Shown here: piece after piece, positions 16,182-27,315 of the stretch
How positions within the stretch are numbered: position 1 is the stretch's first letter
How the letters are laid out: every line of letters starts with the position of its first letter
NCBI GenBank assembly: GCA_903889795.1
Contig: CAISYW010000202.1
Location: forward strand, 1 to 35,623
DNA: 35,623 nt
Source: an uncultured Chlamydiae bacterium
Lineage (GTDB): Bacteria; Chlamydiota; Chlamydiia; Chlamydiales; SM23-39
Direction of reading: 5' to 3'
The notes under the pieces: model-generated
Seen by the model: only the letters and a program-made list of their open reading frames with translations
Told to the model about the DNA's origin: nothing
Database searches by the model: none
Program-made: the position numbers and the translations under genes

Positions 16182-19100
16182 ATGCTGAACTTCCGTAAAC
16201 TGAAGCAAGACTTTTCATCGGCTATTCTGAAGGAAGGGCGTGCTTTGCATGATAAAAATAAAATTATCTCGGCTAAAATTATTCGTCTCGATCCTGAATT
16301 GATTCGATTTAGTGCGAAGATATTGGGAAATTTCGATAACACGTATGAGAGTGAGATCGAAATCGATCGTTTTGAATCGCAAGCGGTGCATACCAATTGC
16401 GACTGCCCTAGCCGCTTTGATTGTGTTCATCTCGCTGCGCTTATCTTCCATCTTGAAGAAAAAATCGATTCTCTCATTGTCGAATTTTCGAAGGAATCGG
16501 ATATTTCAAAGAGCGACCATTTTGACAATGCGCAAAAGCAAGAACTCCTCGATACGATTAAGAAGGCAGAGTGCAAGGAAGTAGTCAAGCAAGATGCCCG
16601 CTATCAAAAGCAGGTGCTGCAAGAATACGAAATTTCTTCGGAGATCCTCTCGAATTCGCCCTTTTTTCTGCCAAAAGAAGAGTGTGAATTGGCAACGGCT
16701 GAGTTGGCGATCATTTTGAATCCTCAGTCTTTTCAAACTGACAAAAAAAATAAAATTGAATTTCAGCTTGCTTTGAGGTTGCCGCATCGCTCCAAGCCGC
16801 TCCAAATTTCTCATTTAAAAAGTTTTCTCTCTTCCGTGCGCTATGAAGAGCCTGTCTATGTCGGGGGGCGAAAGCTCTTTTTTTCAATAAAAAGTTTTGA
16901 AAAGAGCGGTTCGGATCTATTGCAGATCATTCTGGATCATGCGCGCCTCAGCGATGCTGCGGCGGGTGATCGAGCTCATCGAGCGGCTCATCTCGACGCT
17001 GAAGTTTTTGGTTTAATGCTCTCTAAAACATATGAGATTGCCACGCAAACGGCGGGACCTCGGGGTTTTCAGGACTCGGAAGAGGATCTGCCCGTTTTGC
17101 CGCATTTATTTTTGGGCTCTTTGGAAACGCCTTTGAAATATTCTCCGGCCAATGTGATCTTACGGTTTTGTTTGGAATATATTGAGCCCCCTGCTGCGAA
17201 AATCCTGCTTCGTCCTAAATTAGTCATTGAGACGAAGGTGATCAATGCTGAGGAGGCCATGCTCTTTGAATGCGCTCAGCCCGGCATGCTCTATCAAGAC
17301 ACTTATTATCGCTTTTCTTCCCAGATCAAACGCAGGCATTTGCTCAATCTATCGATGATTTCGGAAATGACGATTCCCGAGCCTCTTTTTGGCACGTTCG
17401 TAGAAAATGCTTTGCATGAGCTGCGCCGTTTTGCGGAAGTGGCGAATGCGGAGATTATCGAACAGTTTGTCACCTTGCCGTATGCAGGCAAATTGGGAGC
17501 CCGCTGTAGTTTGTCCTATCTTGATGGCGAATTGGAAGCTTCTCTCTTTTTCTCCTACGATGGACACGAAATTTCGTCGATTTCATCCAAGATCAATTAT
17601 GACGATTTAATGTCGTTTGTCTCGAAAGACGGAATTGTGGCCCGCAATCTGGTTGAAGAGCGAGCCATTGCTGAGGAGATTTTTCAGGATTTTGTCTATA
17701 ACCCCCAAACATCTGCGTTTGTTGCCAAGACGGAAAAGAAGATCGTTGATTTTATGACGGGGACGATTCCGCGCAATCAACATCGCGTTCAGTTTGAATG
17801 TCCTCAGAATTTGCTCGATCAATTTATTTATGATGAGTCAACCTTCAAAATTTGCTTGGACGTTAGCGAGACTGTCGGATATTACGATCTCGATCTCAAA
17901 GTCAATGGAACGTTAAAAGGCGTAAAAATCGATCTTTTATGGGAATGTATCGGAGCCAAGCGTTCCTATATAGAAATCGATGCTGCCCGCCAGATGTCTA
18001 AATCTCGTTTTTCCAAAATTTTGGTCGTCGATTTGGAGAAAATGAGCAAACTGGTACAGCTTTTCGATGAACTCGGTATCAAAAAAATTGATAATTTATT
18101 GGAAAAACGACCCCTTTGGAATTTGGCGACAATTGATCCCAAGGCTTTTGACGGGTTGCCTGTCGAATTTGAGATGACGCCAAAATTGCTCGAAATCCGT
18201 AGCCAGATGCTCGGGGAAACGCATTTTGAGTCTTCGCCCATTCCGAAAGAAATTATCGCCGAACTCCGTCCTTATCAAGTTGAAGGGGTTCATTGGCTTG
18301 AGCGGCTGCGCCTGATGTATCTCAATGGCATTCTCGCCGACGATATGGGGCTTGGTAAAACGCTGCAGGCGATCGTTGCAATTACTCAGCATCATAACAA
18401 GAATAAGGGCTCCCACTCTCTTATTATTTGTCCTACATCGCTTCTCTATAATTGGAAAGAAGAGCTGCATAAATTCAATCCCAAATTGAAGACGATGGTG
18501 ATTGACGGCACTCCTAATGCGCGAAAGAAGCTTTTAGCTAAAATTAACGAAAGCGATGTCATCATAACGTCCTATACTTTGCTTCAAAAAGATATCGAGA
18601 CTTACAGTCAGGGTCAGTTTGCATATTCGATCCTGGATGAAGCACAGCACATCAAAAATCGAGGAACGCGCAACGCCAAATCCGTCAAAATGATTCCCGC
18701 GGCTCACCGGTTGATTTTAACGGGAACGCCGATTGAAAATTCACTTGATGAGCTCTGGAGCTTGATGGATTTTCTGATGCCCGGGTTTTTGAGTAGCTTT
18801 GATCGATTTGTTGAAAAATATATTCGCATTGGCGGACAGCAGCATTCGCAAAATATCGAATATTTGCGCCGCAAGGTGTCTCCCTTTATTTTGCGCCGCA
18901 TGAAAATCGATGTATTGAAAGATTTGCCTGCCGTCTCTGAAATCGTCTATCACTGCCAGCTTTCTGAAGTGCAGCAGGATCTTTATAAGTCCTATGCAGA
19001 ATCCGCTCGCAATGAATTGGTGAAGATGGTTGAGCGCGACGGATTTGACAAAGTCCAGATTCATGTGCTGGCTACATTGACGCGTTTGAAGCAGATTTGC

Positions 19101-19655
19101 TGTCATCCGGCTATTTTCGCTAAGGAAAAAGCCGATCCGGGCGATTCATCGAAATATGATATGCTCCTTGAATTGCTGCAAACGCTTGTCGAAAGCAAGC
19201 ACAAGACAGTTATTTTCAGCCAATATACACGCATGCTGCACATCATGCGTGAGGATTTTGAACTGCGCGGCATCCCATTCAGTTATTTAGATGGAACGTC
19301 AAAAAATCGCCTTGAAATTGTCAAAGAATTCAATGAAAACGCCCAGATTCCTGTATTTCTTGTTTCACTGAAAGCCGGAGGCACGGGTCTTAATTTGACG
19401 GGCGCCGATACGGTCATTCATTACGATATGTGGTGGAACCCTGCTGTGGAAAATCAGGCCACAGACCGCGTTCATCGGATTGGTCAGAAAAATTCTGTCT
19501 CGGCATATAAATTGATTACTCTGGGAACAATCGAAGAAAAAATCGTCGAGATGCAAAGACGCAAAAAAGGGTTGGTCAAGAAAGTTGTCTCCTGCGATGA
19601 TGAGGCCATTTCGAAATTGACTTGGGAAGATGTTTTAGAACTTCTGCAGACTTGA
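16182..19655 (+). CDS. SWIM zinc-finger / SNF2-family DEAD-like helicase
   Basis: ATG 16182 is preceded by GGAGA (the track ORF starts at TTG 16155). SWIM CxCx5CxH ([11 protein letters not shown]), SNF2 motifs [21 protein letters not shown] and LTGTPIEN, and helicase-C blocks ([33 protein letters not shown]). Confidence 0.9.
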   Translation: MLNFRKLKQDFSSAILKEGRALHDKNKIISAKIIRLDPELIRFSAKILGNFDNTYESEIEIDRFESQAVHTNCDCPSRFDCVHLAALIFHLEEKIDSLIVEFSKESDISKSDHFDNAQKQELLDTIKKAECKEVVKQDARYQKQVLQEYEISSEILSNSPFFLPKEECELATAELAIILNPQSFQTDKKNKIEFQLALRLPHRSKPLQISHLKSFLSSVRYEEPVYVGGRKLFFSIKSFEKSGSDLLQIILDHARLSDAAAGDRAHRAAHLDAEVFGLMLSKTYEIATQTAGPRGFQDSEEDLPVLPHLFLGSLETPLKYSPANVILRFCLEYIEPPAAKILLRPKLVIETKVINAEEAMLFECAQPGMLYQDTYYRFSSQIKRRHLLNLSMISEMTIPEPLFGTFVENALHELRRFAEVANAEIIEQFVTLPYAGKLGARCSLSYLDGELEASLFFSYDGHEISSISSKINYDDLMSFVSKDGIVARNLVEERAIAEEIFQDFVYNPQTSAFVAKTEKKIVDFMTGTIPRNQHRVQFECPQNLLDQFIYDESTFKICLDVSETVGYYDLDLKVNGTLKGVKIDLLWECIGAKRSYIEIDAARQMSKSRFSKILVVDLEKMSKLVQLFDELGIKKIDNLLEKRPLWNLATIDPKAFDGLPVEFEMTPKLLEIRSQMLGETHFESSPIPKEIIAELRPYQVEGVHWLERLRLMYLNGILADDMGLGKTLQAIVAITQHHNKNKGSHSLIICPTSLLYNWKEELHKFNPKLKTMVIDGTPNARKKLLAKINESDVIITSYTLLQKDIETYSQGQFAYSILDEAQHIKNRGTRNAKSVKMIPAAHRLILTGTPIENSLDELWSLMDFLMPGFLSSFDRFVEKYIRIGGQQHSQNIEYLRRKVSPFILRRMKIDVLKDLPAVSEIVYHCQLSEVQQDLYKSYAESARNELVKMVERDGFDKVQIHVLATLTRLKQICCHPAIFAKEKADPGDSSKYDMLLELLQTLVESKHKTVIFSQYTRMLHIMREDFELRGIPFSYLDGTSKNRLEIVKEFNENAQIPVFLVSLKAGGTGLNLTGADTVIHYDMWWNPAVENQATDRVHRIGQKNSVSAYKLITLGTIEEKIVEMQRRKKGLVKKVVSCDDEAISKLTWEDVLELLQT

Positions 19656-19663
19656 GCAAAAAT

Positions 19664-20755
19664 ATGGGTAATTCGAGTTACGTAAATGTGCAACATTGGC
19701 TGGAACAGGCAAAAGATGGCGCACTAAAAAAAATTCACAGGTTCTCCGGTTTTTTCTCGAGTGATATCGGGATCGACTTAGGAACTGCGAATACCTTGGT
19801 CTTCGTTCGCGGCAAAGGGATTGTTTTAGCGGAACCTTCCGTTGTTGCGGTGGATTCATTGACAAACGAGGTTCTCGCAGTGGGCCATAAGGCCAAAGCG
19901 ATGCTCGGTAAAACCCCGCGAAAAATTCATGCCGTGCGTCCGATGAAGGATGGCGTTATTGCCGATTTTGAGATTGCCGAGGGAATGATTAAAGCTCTTC
20001 TTAAGCGCGTTACCCCTGCCCGCAGTCTTTTTCGCCCCCGCATCCTCATTGCCGTTCCATCGGGTATTACCGGTGTAGAGAAACGCGCAGTGGAAGATTC
20101 GGCGCTTCACGCAGGCGCTCAGGAAGTAATACTCATTGAAGAACCCATGGCAGCGGCGATCGGAGTGGATCTGCCGGTCCACGAGCCATCGGGCAATATG
20201 ATCATCGACATCGGCGGCGGTACTACGGAAATCGCAATTATCTCGCTTGGTGGAATTGTCGAGTCGCGCTCTCTACGGATTGCTGGCGATGAGTTTGACG
20301 ATTGCATCATGAATTATATGCGCCGCACTTATAATTTGATGATTGGCCCACGGACAGCGGAAGAGATTAAGATAACGATTGGCTCTGCTTATCCGCTGGG
20401 CAATAACGAACTTGAAATGGAAGTGCGCGGACGCGATCAGGTGGCTGGTTTGCCGATCACCAAGCGCATCAATTCCGTTGAAATCCGCGAATGTTTGGCC
20501 GAGCCTATTCTGCAGATTATTGAAAGCGTTAAGCTCACTCTCGAAAAGTGCCCTCCGGAATTAGCGGCCGATTTGGTTGATCGAGGCATGGTTCTTGCCG
20601 GCGGCGGTGCTTTGATGAAGGGTCTTGATAAAGCCTTGATCAAGGAAACCGGTCTTCCTGTCTTTGTCGCGCCGAATCCTTTACTTGCCGTCTGTCTCGG
20701 TACCGGCAAGGCTCTGGAATATCTCGACAAATATAAGAAGAAAAAGTCTTTCTAA
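19664..20755 (+). CDS. mreB: Rod-shape / division actin homologue MreB
   Basis: The [18 protein letters not shown] and LAGGGALM actin-fold phosphate and adenosine motifs are present. ATG 19664 is chosen over the TTG 19622 that overlaps the helicase gene. Has an N-terminal extension relative to E. coli MreB. Confidence 0.9.
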   Translation: MGNSSYVNVQHWLEQAKDGALKKIHRFSGFFSSDIGIDLGTANTLVFVRGKGIVLAEPSVVAVDSLTNEVLAVGHKAKAMLGKTPRKIHAVRPMKDGVIADFEIAEGMIKALLKRVTPARSLFRPRILIAVPSGITGVEKRAVEDSALHAGAQEVILIEEPMAAAIGVDLPVHEPSGNMIIDIGGGTTEIAIISLGGIVESRSLRIAGDEFDDCIMNYMRRTYNLMIGPRTAEEIKITIGSAYPLGNNELEMEVRGRDQVAGLPITKRINSVEIRECLAEPILQIIESVKLTLEKCPPELAADLVDRGMVLAGGGALMKGLDKALIKETGLPVFVAPNPLLAVCLGTGKALEYLDKYKKKKSF

Positions 20756-22573
20756 ATGAATCTTTCTCTTTCAGAGTGGACCCAAAACAGGGAACTCCAC
20801 AGATGGATTGAAGATCAGATCTCTCTTTGTCAGCCATCGAGTGTTTATTTCTGCGATGGCAGCGAGGAAGAATTTGACCATATTGCCGCGCAGATGGCGG
20901 CGATAGGAACGCTCGTTCCTTTGAAAAAACGGCCTCACAGCTTTTGGTGTTATTCTCATCCGGACGATGTCGCTCGTGTCGAAGAGAGCACATTTATTTG
21001 TTCTCAAAGAAAAGAAGATGCAGGGCCGACAAACAATTGGCAAAATCCTGTTCTCATGAAAAAAGAGCTGCGAGCTCTTTTTGCCAACTCGATGCGGGGA
21101 AGGACGATGTATGTTATTCCCTATTGCATGGGACCTCTTGGCTCTCCTTATGCGCGTGTGGGCGTCGAGATTACCGATTCCCCTTATGTTGTTTTGAACA
21201 TGCAGATCATGACGCGCATGGGCACCGTTGCGCTGAAGCATTTGGGTTTGGGGCCATTTATTCCTTGTTTGCATTCGGTGGGCCGGCCGCTTTCTGAAGG
21301 AGAAAAAGATGTTTCGTGGCCTTGTAATCCGGCTAAGCGCGTGATTGCCCATTTTCCGGAAGAAGGGAGTATCTTCTCCTATGGCAGCGGCTATGGAGGG
21401 AATGCCTTGCTTGGTAAAAAATGTTTTGCCCTTCGCATTGCTTCGGCATTGGGGCGCAAAGAGGGGTGGCTCGCAGAACACATGTTGATTCTCGGCCTCA
21501 CTTCTCCTGAAGGCCGGAAGATCTACATTGCCGCCGCTTTTCCCAGCGCGTGCGGCAAGACCAATTTGGCCATGCTGACGCCTGCATTGGCAGGGTGGAA
21601 AGTGGAATGCGTGGGCGATGATATTGCCTGGATGCATTTTGGGTCGGACGGCCGCCTCTACGCGATCAATCCGGAGGCCGGTTTTTTTGGCGTTGCACCC
21701 GGAACTTCAATGCAAACCAATCCCATTGCCCTGAAAACGATCGAGCGAAATACGATCTTTACCAATGTCGCGCTCACCGAGTGTGGAGATGTCTGGTGGG
21801 AGAAGATGGGAACCCCGCCTCCAAAAAACATGACATCCGGTTGCGGCTCACTGTGGGATCCGGAAAGCGGAAAAAGCGCTGCCCATCCGAATTCCCGCTT
21901 TACTGTTTCTGCAAAGCAGTGCCCTATCTACAGTTCGTCTGCGGAAGATCCTCTGGGTGTTCCCATTTCGGCGATTATTTTTGGGGGGCGGCGCAGTAGC
22001 GTCATGCCTCTTGTCATGGAAGCATTCGATTGGAACCATGGTGTGTTTCTCGGCGCCGGCATCTCTTCGGAGACCACGGCCGCCGCGGCAGGAAAGACGG
22101 GACATCTGCGTCACGACCCATTTGCGATGCTGCCCTTTTGCGGCTATCACATGGGTGATTATTTTTCTCATTGGCTTGAGATGGGCCGCCGATTTCAAAA
22201 GGGGTTATCTCCCCGTATGTATGCCGTTAATTGGTTTCGCAAAGGAAGCGACGGACAATTTTTGTGGCCGGGTTTTGGCGAAAATATACGAGTTTTGAAA
22301 TGGATTTTCGAACGAGTGTCCGGTAGCGATCATACAGTTCGAACTCCCATTGGTATGATTCCTCGCCCAGGTTCGATTGACCTGTCTGGTCTCTCTTGTC
22401 CTATCGAGCCTTTGTTCGCTATTGATCGGAAGGAATGGCAGATAGAAGTTCAAGAGCTTGAATGTTATTTTCGGCTTTTTGGCCGTAATTTTCCGCCCGC
22501 TTTGCAAGAGGAGATGCTTCAACTGAAAAAACGGATTGCTTCATCCTCTAACGAGGAAACCCCGCCCTTATAG
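20756..22573 (+). CDS. pckG: GTP-dependent phosphoenolpyruvate carboxykinase
   Basis: YGGNALLGKKCFALRIAS, kinase-1a FPSACGKTNLAM, VGDDIAWM, HPNSRFT and FGGRR blocks. The ATG immediately follows the mreB TAA. Confidence 0.95.
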   Translation: MNLSLSEWTQNRELHRWIEDQISLCQPSSVYFCDGSEEEFDHIAAQMAAIGTLVPLKKRPHSFWCYSHPDDVARVEESTFICSQRKEDAGPTNNWQNPVLMKKELRALFANSMRGRTMYVIPYCMGPLGSPYARVGVEITDSPYVVLNMQIMTRMGTVALKHLGLGPFIPCLHSVGRPLSEGEKDVSWPCNPAKRVIAHFPEEGSIFSYGSGYGGNALLGKKCFALRIASALGRKEGWLAEHMLILGLTSPEGRKIYIAAAFPSACGKTNLAMLTPALAGWKVECVGDDIAWMHFGSDGRLYAINPEAGFFGVAPGTSMQTNPIALKTIERNTIFTNVALTECGDVWWEKMGTPPPKNMTSGCGSLWDPESGKSAAHPNSRFTVSAKQCPIYSSSAEDPLGVPISAIIFGGRRSSVMPLVMEAFDWNHGVFLGAGISSETTAAAAGKTGHLRHDPFAMLPFCGYHMGDYFSHWLEMGRRFQKGLSPRMYAVNWFRKGSDGQFLWPGFGENIRVLKWIFERVSGSDHTVRTPIGMIPRPGSIDLSGLSCPIEPLFAIDRKEWQIEVQELECYFRLFGRNFPPALQEEMLQLKKRIASSSNEETPPL

Positions 22574-22585
22574 GTGGGGTCTTTC
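22559..22585 (+). terminator. Weak hairpin overlapping the pckG stop codon
   Basis: ACCCCGCC / GGTGGGGT stem (one G-U) with a 6-nt loop containing part of the TAG stop, followed by CTTTC. The T-tract is poor. Confidence 0.3.
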
Positions 22586-22622
22586 AAGAGGCTTTTGATC
22601 GATTCGAACGGATTGCGCAGAA

Positions 22623-24203
22623 TTATTTCTTCAGCGATGCGTAGCTAAAGTCGAGCGCACCCAAGCTATCAAAAACAAAGCCGCTTAACTTAGGATTGTG
22701 GGCGAACATCAGCATGTCAGTGCAAATTGGAATCACCGGCATCTGTTCAAGCAATAGTTGTTCCGCTTCTCCGAGGAGCTGCGTACGTTTTTGAAATTCT
22801 TTCGAACGCATGGCACTCGTCACTTTTTCTGTATAGAGCGGATGGGTCCATTGCGAAAAATTGGTCGAACCGATGGTTGAAAAATGGTTTAATAAGTCTG
22901 CAGGATCCTTGTAATAGGGAGCCTGATAGGTAAAGCTTATATCGAACAGTCCTTTGGGGAGATTCGACCTCAAAGTCGTCCAATCTTTTGCTTCCAATAG
23001 AACGTTGATTCCAAAAGCGCTGCTCCAGGATTGTTGCATATATTCGGCAAACTGTTTGCGGTTCGCTTGTTGGGAATAACTGATGATTAATGGTGGAAAA
23101 GTCTCTTTCGTAAATCCTAATTCTGCCAGCCCTTGATCGAAACGTTTTCTTGCCTCGACGATATCTTCTTTGATTTCGATGGGATTCGTCATCGGAAGAA
23201 CGTTGAGGGGAAGGGGGGTGAAAAGAGGCTCGCCGCCAATGAAAATATGCTTCGTGATCTCTTGTCTGTGAACGGCCATGCTCAGCGCTTGGCGGATGAG
23301 GGGAGAAGATAGAGCCGGGTGGGTGGTATTGAGATGGATCCATAGAACACGGTCGAATGGTTGGGTTCGTAATGTCTTTGTTTCCTCTAGCCGGACGATT
23401 TGTTCTGCCGTAAGATTGCAAAGAGGGATGCCGATGTAATCAATTTTTCCTTCTTTAAAAAATGAATAGGCTGTCGTCGTGTCTTGAATCATATAGATGT
23501 CAATTTGAGGAATGGAAACTTGCTTGCGATTCCAAAAATAGGGATTGGGTTTCATCTGCAATAAATTTCCTTTCTCCCATTTTGTGACCATAAATGCGCC
23601 ATTGAATTCTGCGATCTCCTTTTTTTTAGGATCGATCAGCGGCAAACATACAGGCAGAGTGAGAAGCTCGAATAAATATGGGGAGGGATAGGCTAAATCA
23701 ATGACCAGAGTCTTTGCATCGGTGGCTTTCACTCCGACAAGATCGATAGAAATTTTCCCCTTTTGAGCTTCTTCACCATTTTTTAACATGTAAAGCAGGT
23801 TAGATTGTTGACAAGTCGATGTAGGAGAAAGGACCTCTTTCATGGCGTTTTCGTATTGAAACGCCGTAACCGGTGAGCCATTTGACCAGCGGTTGTCGCG
23901 TAATGTAAAGGTGTAGTGTAGCCGGTCAGGAGAAACTTCCACGGACTCTGCCCCTGAAAGCTTTGCTTGGCCTTGTTCATCAAGTCGGGTCAGGCCTTCA
24001 AAAAGAGTTTTTGCAATCGTGTACCCGCGTAAATAAATGACCAGATCATGAGGATGAAGCGAGGGTAGATCTCCCTCCTGAAAATCGAGTTTTAAGGTTT
24101 GCATTTGTGCTGTCCGTTGATTTTCAGGTTCGCAAGAGATTAAAAAAAAAGCTGAGAACAGAATAAGGACGTAAAGTTTTTTTTTCAACATTTTAGAAGC
24201 CAT
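22623..24203 (-). CDS. oppA: Periplasmic oligopeptide/dipeptide-binding lipoprotein (ABC family-5 substrate-binding protein)
   Basis: Signal peptide with lipobox FFLISC. 526 aa with family-5 SBP-like blocks. No linked permease genes in the window. Confidence 0.8.
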   Translation of the reverse strand: MASKMLKKKLYVLILFSAFFLISCEPENQRTAQMQTLKLDFQEGDLPSLHPHDLVIYLRGYTIAKTLFEGLTRLDEQGQAKLSGAESVEVSPDRLHYTFTLRDNRWSNGSPVTAFQYENAMKEVLSPTSTCQQSNLLYMLKNGEEAQKGKISIDLVGVKATDAKTLVIDLAYPSPYLFELLTLPVCLPLIDPKKKEIAEFNGAFMVTKWEKGNLLQMKPNPYFWNRKQVSIPQIDIYMIQDTTTAYSFFKEGKIDYIGIPLCNLTAEQIVRLEETKTLRTQPFDRVLWIHLNTTHPALSSPLIRQALSMAVHRQEITKHIFIGGEPLFTPLPLNVLPMTNPIEIKEDIVEARKRFDQGLAELGFTKETFPPLIISYSQQANRKQFAEYMQQSWSSAFGINVLLEAKDWTTLRSNLPKGLFDISFTYQAPYYKDPADLLNHFSTIGSTNFSQWTHPLYTEKVTSAMRSKEFQKRTQLLGEAEQLLLEQMPVIPICTDMLMFAHNPKLSGFVFDSLGALDFSYASLKK

Positions 24204-24284
24204 TGTTGTTGCGCTGCCTTTAAAAGGTTCAGGCAGCTTTTTTGTAAAGGAACGTTTTTATATTAGGATTTCTTGAGAGTCAAG

Positions 24285-26777
24285 TTAAAAATTATTAAAA
24301 TCAGCAACAAGATATTTTTTTTGAAGCTGGGGGCAGCCATTGAGGGCTAGAGATCGTATGGGGAGGTTGGCTAGATGAGAAATTCCTGCATCGGTAATGT
24401 GAGGGGTGTCGATTAGCCACAAAAGTTCAATGGGATGATGTTGAAGAAATTCGAGAGCTCGGTCGGTGAGATGGCTACATCCATTTAATACCAAGCGGCC
24501 TAAATAGGGATTGTTTTGAAAAACGCTGATCAGGGCTTCATCAGAAATTTGATGTCCTTCAAACAATTTGAAGTGAGTGAGGCGGCGGCAGAATCGCCCG
24601 ATTGCCAAGATGGCTTGATCGGTCAGATTATGGCCGTTCAAGTAGATCTCGAGTAAGTTGGGGCAGGATTGTGCTAAATGCATCACACCTCGGTCAGTGA
24701 GTTGCCGAGCGTCTGTGAGGTTGATCGACTCTAAGTTGTTTGTCGATGAAATGTTTAACAATGCTTTATCAGTGATGTCGGCAAGGCCGAATAAATTTAG
24801 CTCTTCCAGTTGCGGGCAATGAGAGAAAATAAATTCGATCGAATGGTCTGTGAGAAGGATACAATTCTTTAAGTCGATCGTTCGCAGCTGCGGATGAATC
24901 CGTTCGATCAGTTCCTCATCTCTGATTAAAGTTGAGGAACAGTCGATTTCATGAGATAAATAGAAAGTCGATTTTGGAGATCGTTTAAGTTTTTGATAAT
25001 AATCATCGATCCGGGCGAAAAATTCCCGCGTTTCTTGGCGCAATCGATCGGCAATGGTGGAGTGAGTTAGCGCAAGGTTGTTTTTCTCTTGTGGATCGAG
25101 GCTTAAATTATAGAGCTCTCCTTGTGAAGAGAGGCTGTTTTCTATCCATTTCAAGGATTCTTCCCTGCAGCCAATAAACCCTTCCGAATAGGGATTTTGC
25201 AGCATTGCTTTTCGACGAGAGTCTGATCGCATCAGAGATGAAGCGCAGGCGGGATGCGTTCCATTCAGCCGCAGAAGATCCATGACAGTTGGAAATAGAT
25301 CGATTTGGCTGCCGACTTCATGGATGGTTTTGGGGTTTTCGATTCTTCCGTCAGCAAGAATGAGAAGGGGAATGTGGACATTTTCTTCATAGAGAAAGCG
25401 ATGATTATAATAATTCTTCTCATGTTCGCCCATAGGATTGCCATGGTCGCCCAAAATAAAGAGAATCGTTTTTTTGCTGAGATTTTTTGCTCGCAGTCGA
25501 TCGACAAAAAGATTTAAAGCATAATCGGTGTAATGAACCGTCTGCAAGAAACGCTGTTGAAGCGGGGATCCTGAAAAAGCGGGGGCTTTATAATGGTCGG
25601 GAAGGATCCAAGGGTGGTGATTGGTGATAGTAAATAAGGTCAAAAAGACCGGATCTTTCTGTTCTTCCAGCCAATTTGCACTATAGCGCATAAGATATTC
25701 ATCCGGAGCGCCCCAGCCTATCGAGCCATCTGCGATCTCGCTTCGATCACGGATCTCATCGAAGTGTTTTTGTAAGAATTCTCGTTGGGAATCATAGACC
25801 AGAGAGCCGTTATGATGGAAAGCTGTTTTGTATCCGGCTTTTTTCAGTCGTTCAGGAAGTCCTGTCAGGGGAATGTCGATGTAGGGAATGAGGCCGCGTG
25901 CCGTTGTGGCCGGTGGAACGCCAAATAAACCCGAAATTAAGGCTCGATAAGTGAGTGTACCGTTCGAATAAAAATCAGAAAAAAAAATACCCTCTTTAGC
26001 CAGTCGGTTAAAATGAGGCATTGCGTTTTGATCTGAATTCACCGCATGAGAGTTAACCGACTCTAAAAAAAGGAAGAGAATGTGCGGTTTTTCTTCCGGA
26101 TCGATGTTTATCTCAAATTGTTTTTGTCCTGAAAAACGGAAAGAGGTTGAAAAGGATTGGGTAAATGTTCGCGTAGGGCTCGATTTTCTTTTCAGATATG
26201 AACAGAAGCGAAACAAAAGATCGATCTGTTCTTGAAAGAGGATGTGATTCATCGCATAAGCAGTTTGTTTGGGAAGCAGCAAAGCAGTCGTTGAAAGAGC
26301 TCCTAGCCCCAGGCACAGCAGCGTGCTCATCCATGAAAAAGAGGTGTAATCGTATAAGAAAAGATATCCGAAGAGCTGGAGCAGGAAAATGGCAGACCCA
26401 AGCCATAAAAAGCTCTTGAGGCCCAAGTGCTGGGCAGATTGAATCATCGAGCGGGCATGGCGTAAATGATACAGATAGGTTAGCCGCATTCGTAATTGCA
26501 TTTTTTGAAAAAGAAAGACGTCCACGAGCAATAGAAGATGAGTGAGAAAGCCGAGTGCCGCCGCTCCGGCAATAGATAGCGGCAAAATCAAAGAGAGCTC
26601 CATTACAATAAATAGATCTTCTGCCAATCCAATCATGTAGACATAGAAAGGTGTAGATGATTCCGAGTGGAGCGGTCTAATCAAAACAAATCGGATCAAA
26701 AGAGGGAGCGAAAGATTCAATAGAAGAAAATAGGCCAAAATTTTCATCCAATGACAGATGACAGAAACAATTGTCAC
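24285..26777 (-). CDS. Multi-pass membrane LtaS/sulfatase-family (phosphoglycerol/phosphoethanolamine-transferase-like) enzyme fused to a C-terminal cysteine-containing LRR domain
   Basis: About 5 N-terminal hydrophobic helices. Sulfatase-superfamily blocks ILFLFLESVNSH, SNGTLTYRAL and ILGDHGNPMGEH. The last 200 aa (24288-24887) form about 8 tandem 24-26-aa repeats of type LxxLxLxxCxxLTDxxLxxL. The first start is GTG 26777; an alternative ATG is at 26747. Confidence 0.8.
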   Translation of the reverse strand: MTIVSVICHWMKILAYFLLLNLSLPLLIRFVLIRPLHSESSTPFYVYMIGLAEDLFIVMELSLILPLSIAGAAALGFLTHLLLLVDVFLFQKMQLRMRLTYLYHLRHARSMIQSAQHLGLKSFLWLGSAIFLLQLFGYLFLYDYTSFSWMSTLLCLGLGALSTTALLLPKQTAYAMNHILFQEQIDLLFRFCSYLKRKSSPTRTFTQSFSTSFRFSGQKQFEINIDPEEKPHILFLFLESVNSHAVNSDQNAMPHFNRLAKEGIFFSDFYSNGTLTYRALISGLFGVPPATTARGLIPYIDIPLTGLPERLKKAGYKTAFHHNGSLVYDSQREFLQKHFDEIRDRSEIADGSIGWGAPDEYLMRYSANWLEEQKDPVFLTLFTITNHHPWILPDHYKAPAFSGSPLQQRFLQTVHYTDYALNLFVDRLRAKNLSKKTILFILGDHGNPMGEHEKNYYNHRFLYEENVHIPLLILADGRIENPKTIHEVGSQIDLFPTVMDLLRLNGTHPACASSLMRSDSRRKAMLQNPYSEGFIGCREESLKWIENSLSSQGELYNLSLDPQEKNNLALTHSTIADRLRQETREFFARIDDYYQKLKRSPKSTFYLSHEIDCSSTLIRDEELIERIHPQLRTIDLKNCILLTDHSIEFIFSHCPQLEELNLFGLADITDKALLNISSTNNLESINLTDARQLTDRGVMHLAQSCPNLLEIYLNGHNLTDQAILAIGRFCRRLTHFKLFEGHQISDEALISVFQNNPYLGRLVLNGCSHLTDRALEFLQHHPIELLWLIDTPHITDAGISHLANLPIRSLALNGCPQLQKKYLVADFNNF

Positions 26778-26868
26778 TGTAAATGAAGACGAAGATTTTT
26801 TGAAAAGAAATTGGGATTCATCAGGCTATGGCCATCGCCGACGAATTACGCTCGCAATAAACCTTCTA

Positions 26869-27315
26869 TTAAGTACGTCGGAAAATTTCGTTTGGTTTAA
26901 AAAAGAACAGGATTTCTTTTTTTGCGGCTTCCGCTGAGTCAGATCCATGAACTGCATTACGCTCGATGCTCGTGGCGAAATCACAGCGAATTGTACCTGC
27001 GTCGGCTTTAGAAGGATCGGTAGCACCCATGATTTCACGATTTCGAGTGATTGCATTTTCGCCTTCGAGAACCATAATGAGAGCAGGGCCGGATGTCATA
27101 AATTTGACGAGGTCTTCATAAAACGGTTTTTCTGCATGGACAGCATAAAAACTTTTTGCTTGTTCAGTAGAGAGATGAATCATTTTTGCGGCAACAACGT
27201 TTAACCCATCGCGCTCAAAATATTCTATGATATTCCCGATTTGATTCTGCTCAACGGCGTCGGGTTTAATGATGGATAGGGTTTGTTCTAAAGTGTGGGA
27301 TGGGGTTTGCGCCAT
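26869..27315 (-). CDS. ndk: Nucleoside diphosphate kinase
   Basis: 148 aa with [10 protein letters not shown], the NAVHGSD active-site His block and YFERDGL. Confidence 0.95.
   Translation of the reverse strand: MAQTPSHTLEQTLSIIKPDAVEQNQIGNIIEYFERDGLNVVAAKMIHLSTEQAKSFYAVHAEKPFYEDLVKFMTSGPALIMVLEGENAITRNREIMGATDPSKADAGTIRCDFATSIERNAVHGSDSAEAAKKEILFFFKPNEIFRRT

Noticed and set aside
15778-16208. Two 69-75-aa minus-strand ORFs spanning the tig start and the upstream region
   Set aside because: Both overlap the tRNA-Gly(GCC) gene at 15948-16019, and one overlaps tig. They are artefacts of open frames across an RNA gene.
19622-19663. TTG-initiated 14-codon extension of mreB overlapping the helicase gene
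   Set aside because: The ATG at 19664 lies just past the helicase stop and gives a plausible chlamydial-type N-terminus. The TTG start has no better support.
20771-21637. 288-aa ORF antisense to pckG
   Set aside because: It lies entirely inside a strongly supported PEPCK gene. Its Arg/Pro/His-rich, low-complexity translation is typical of an antisense frame of a GC-richer gene, and it has no motifs.
22747-23421. 224-aa ORF in an alternative frame within the oppA-like gene
   Set aside because: It is on the same strand but out of frame inside a well-supported SBP gene. Its Arg/Ser/Pro-rich composition carries no recognisable motif.
24213-24243. Hairpin GCTGCC-13nt-GGCAGC followed by TTTTTT between the oppA-like and LtaS-LRR genes
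   Set aside because: The T-run is on the + strand, but both flanking genes are on the - strand. There the hairpin is followed by GCAACAACA, so it is not a canonical terminator for either gene. It might act weakly in both directions.
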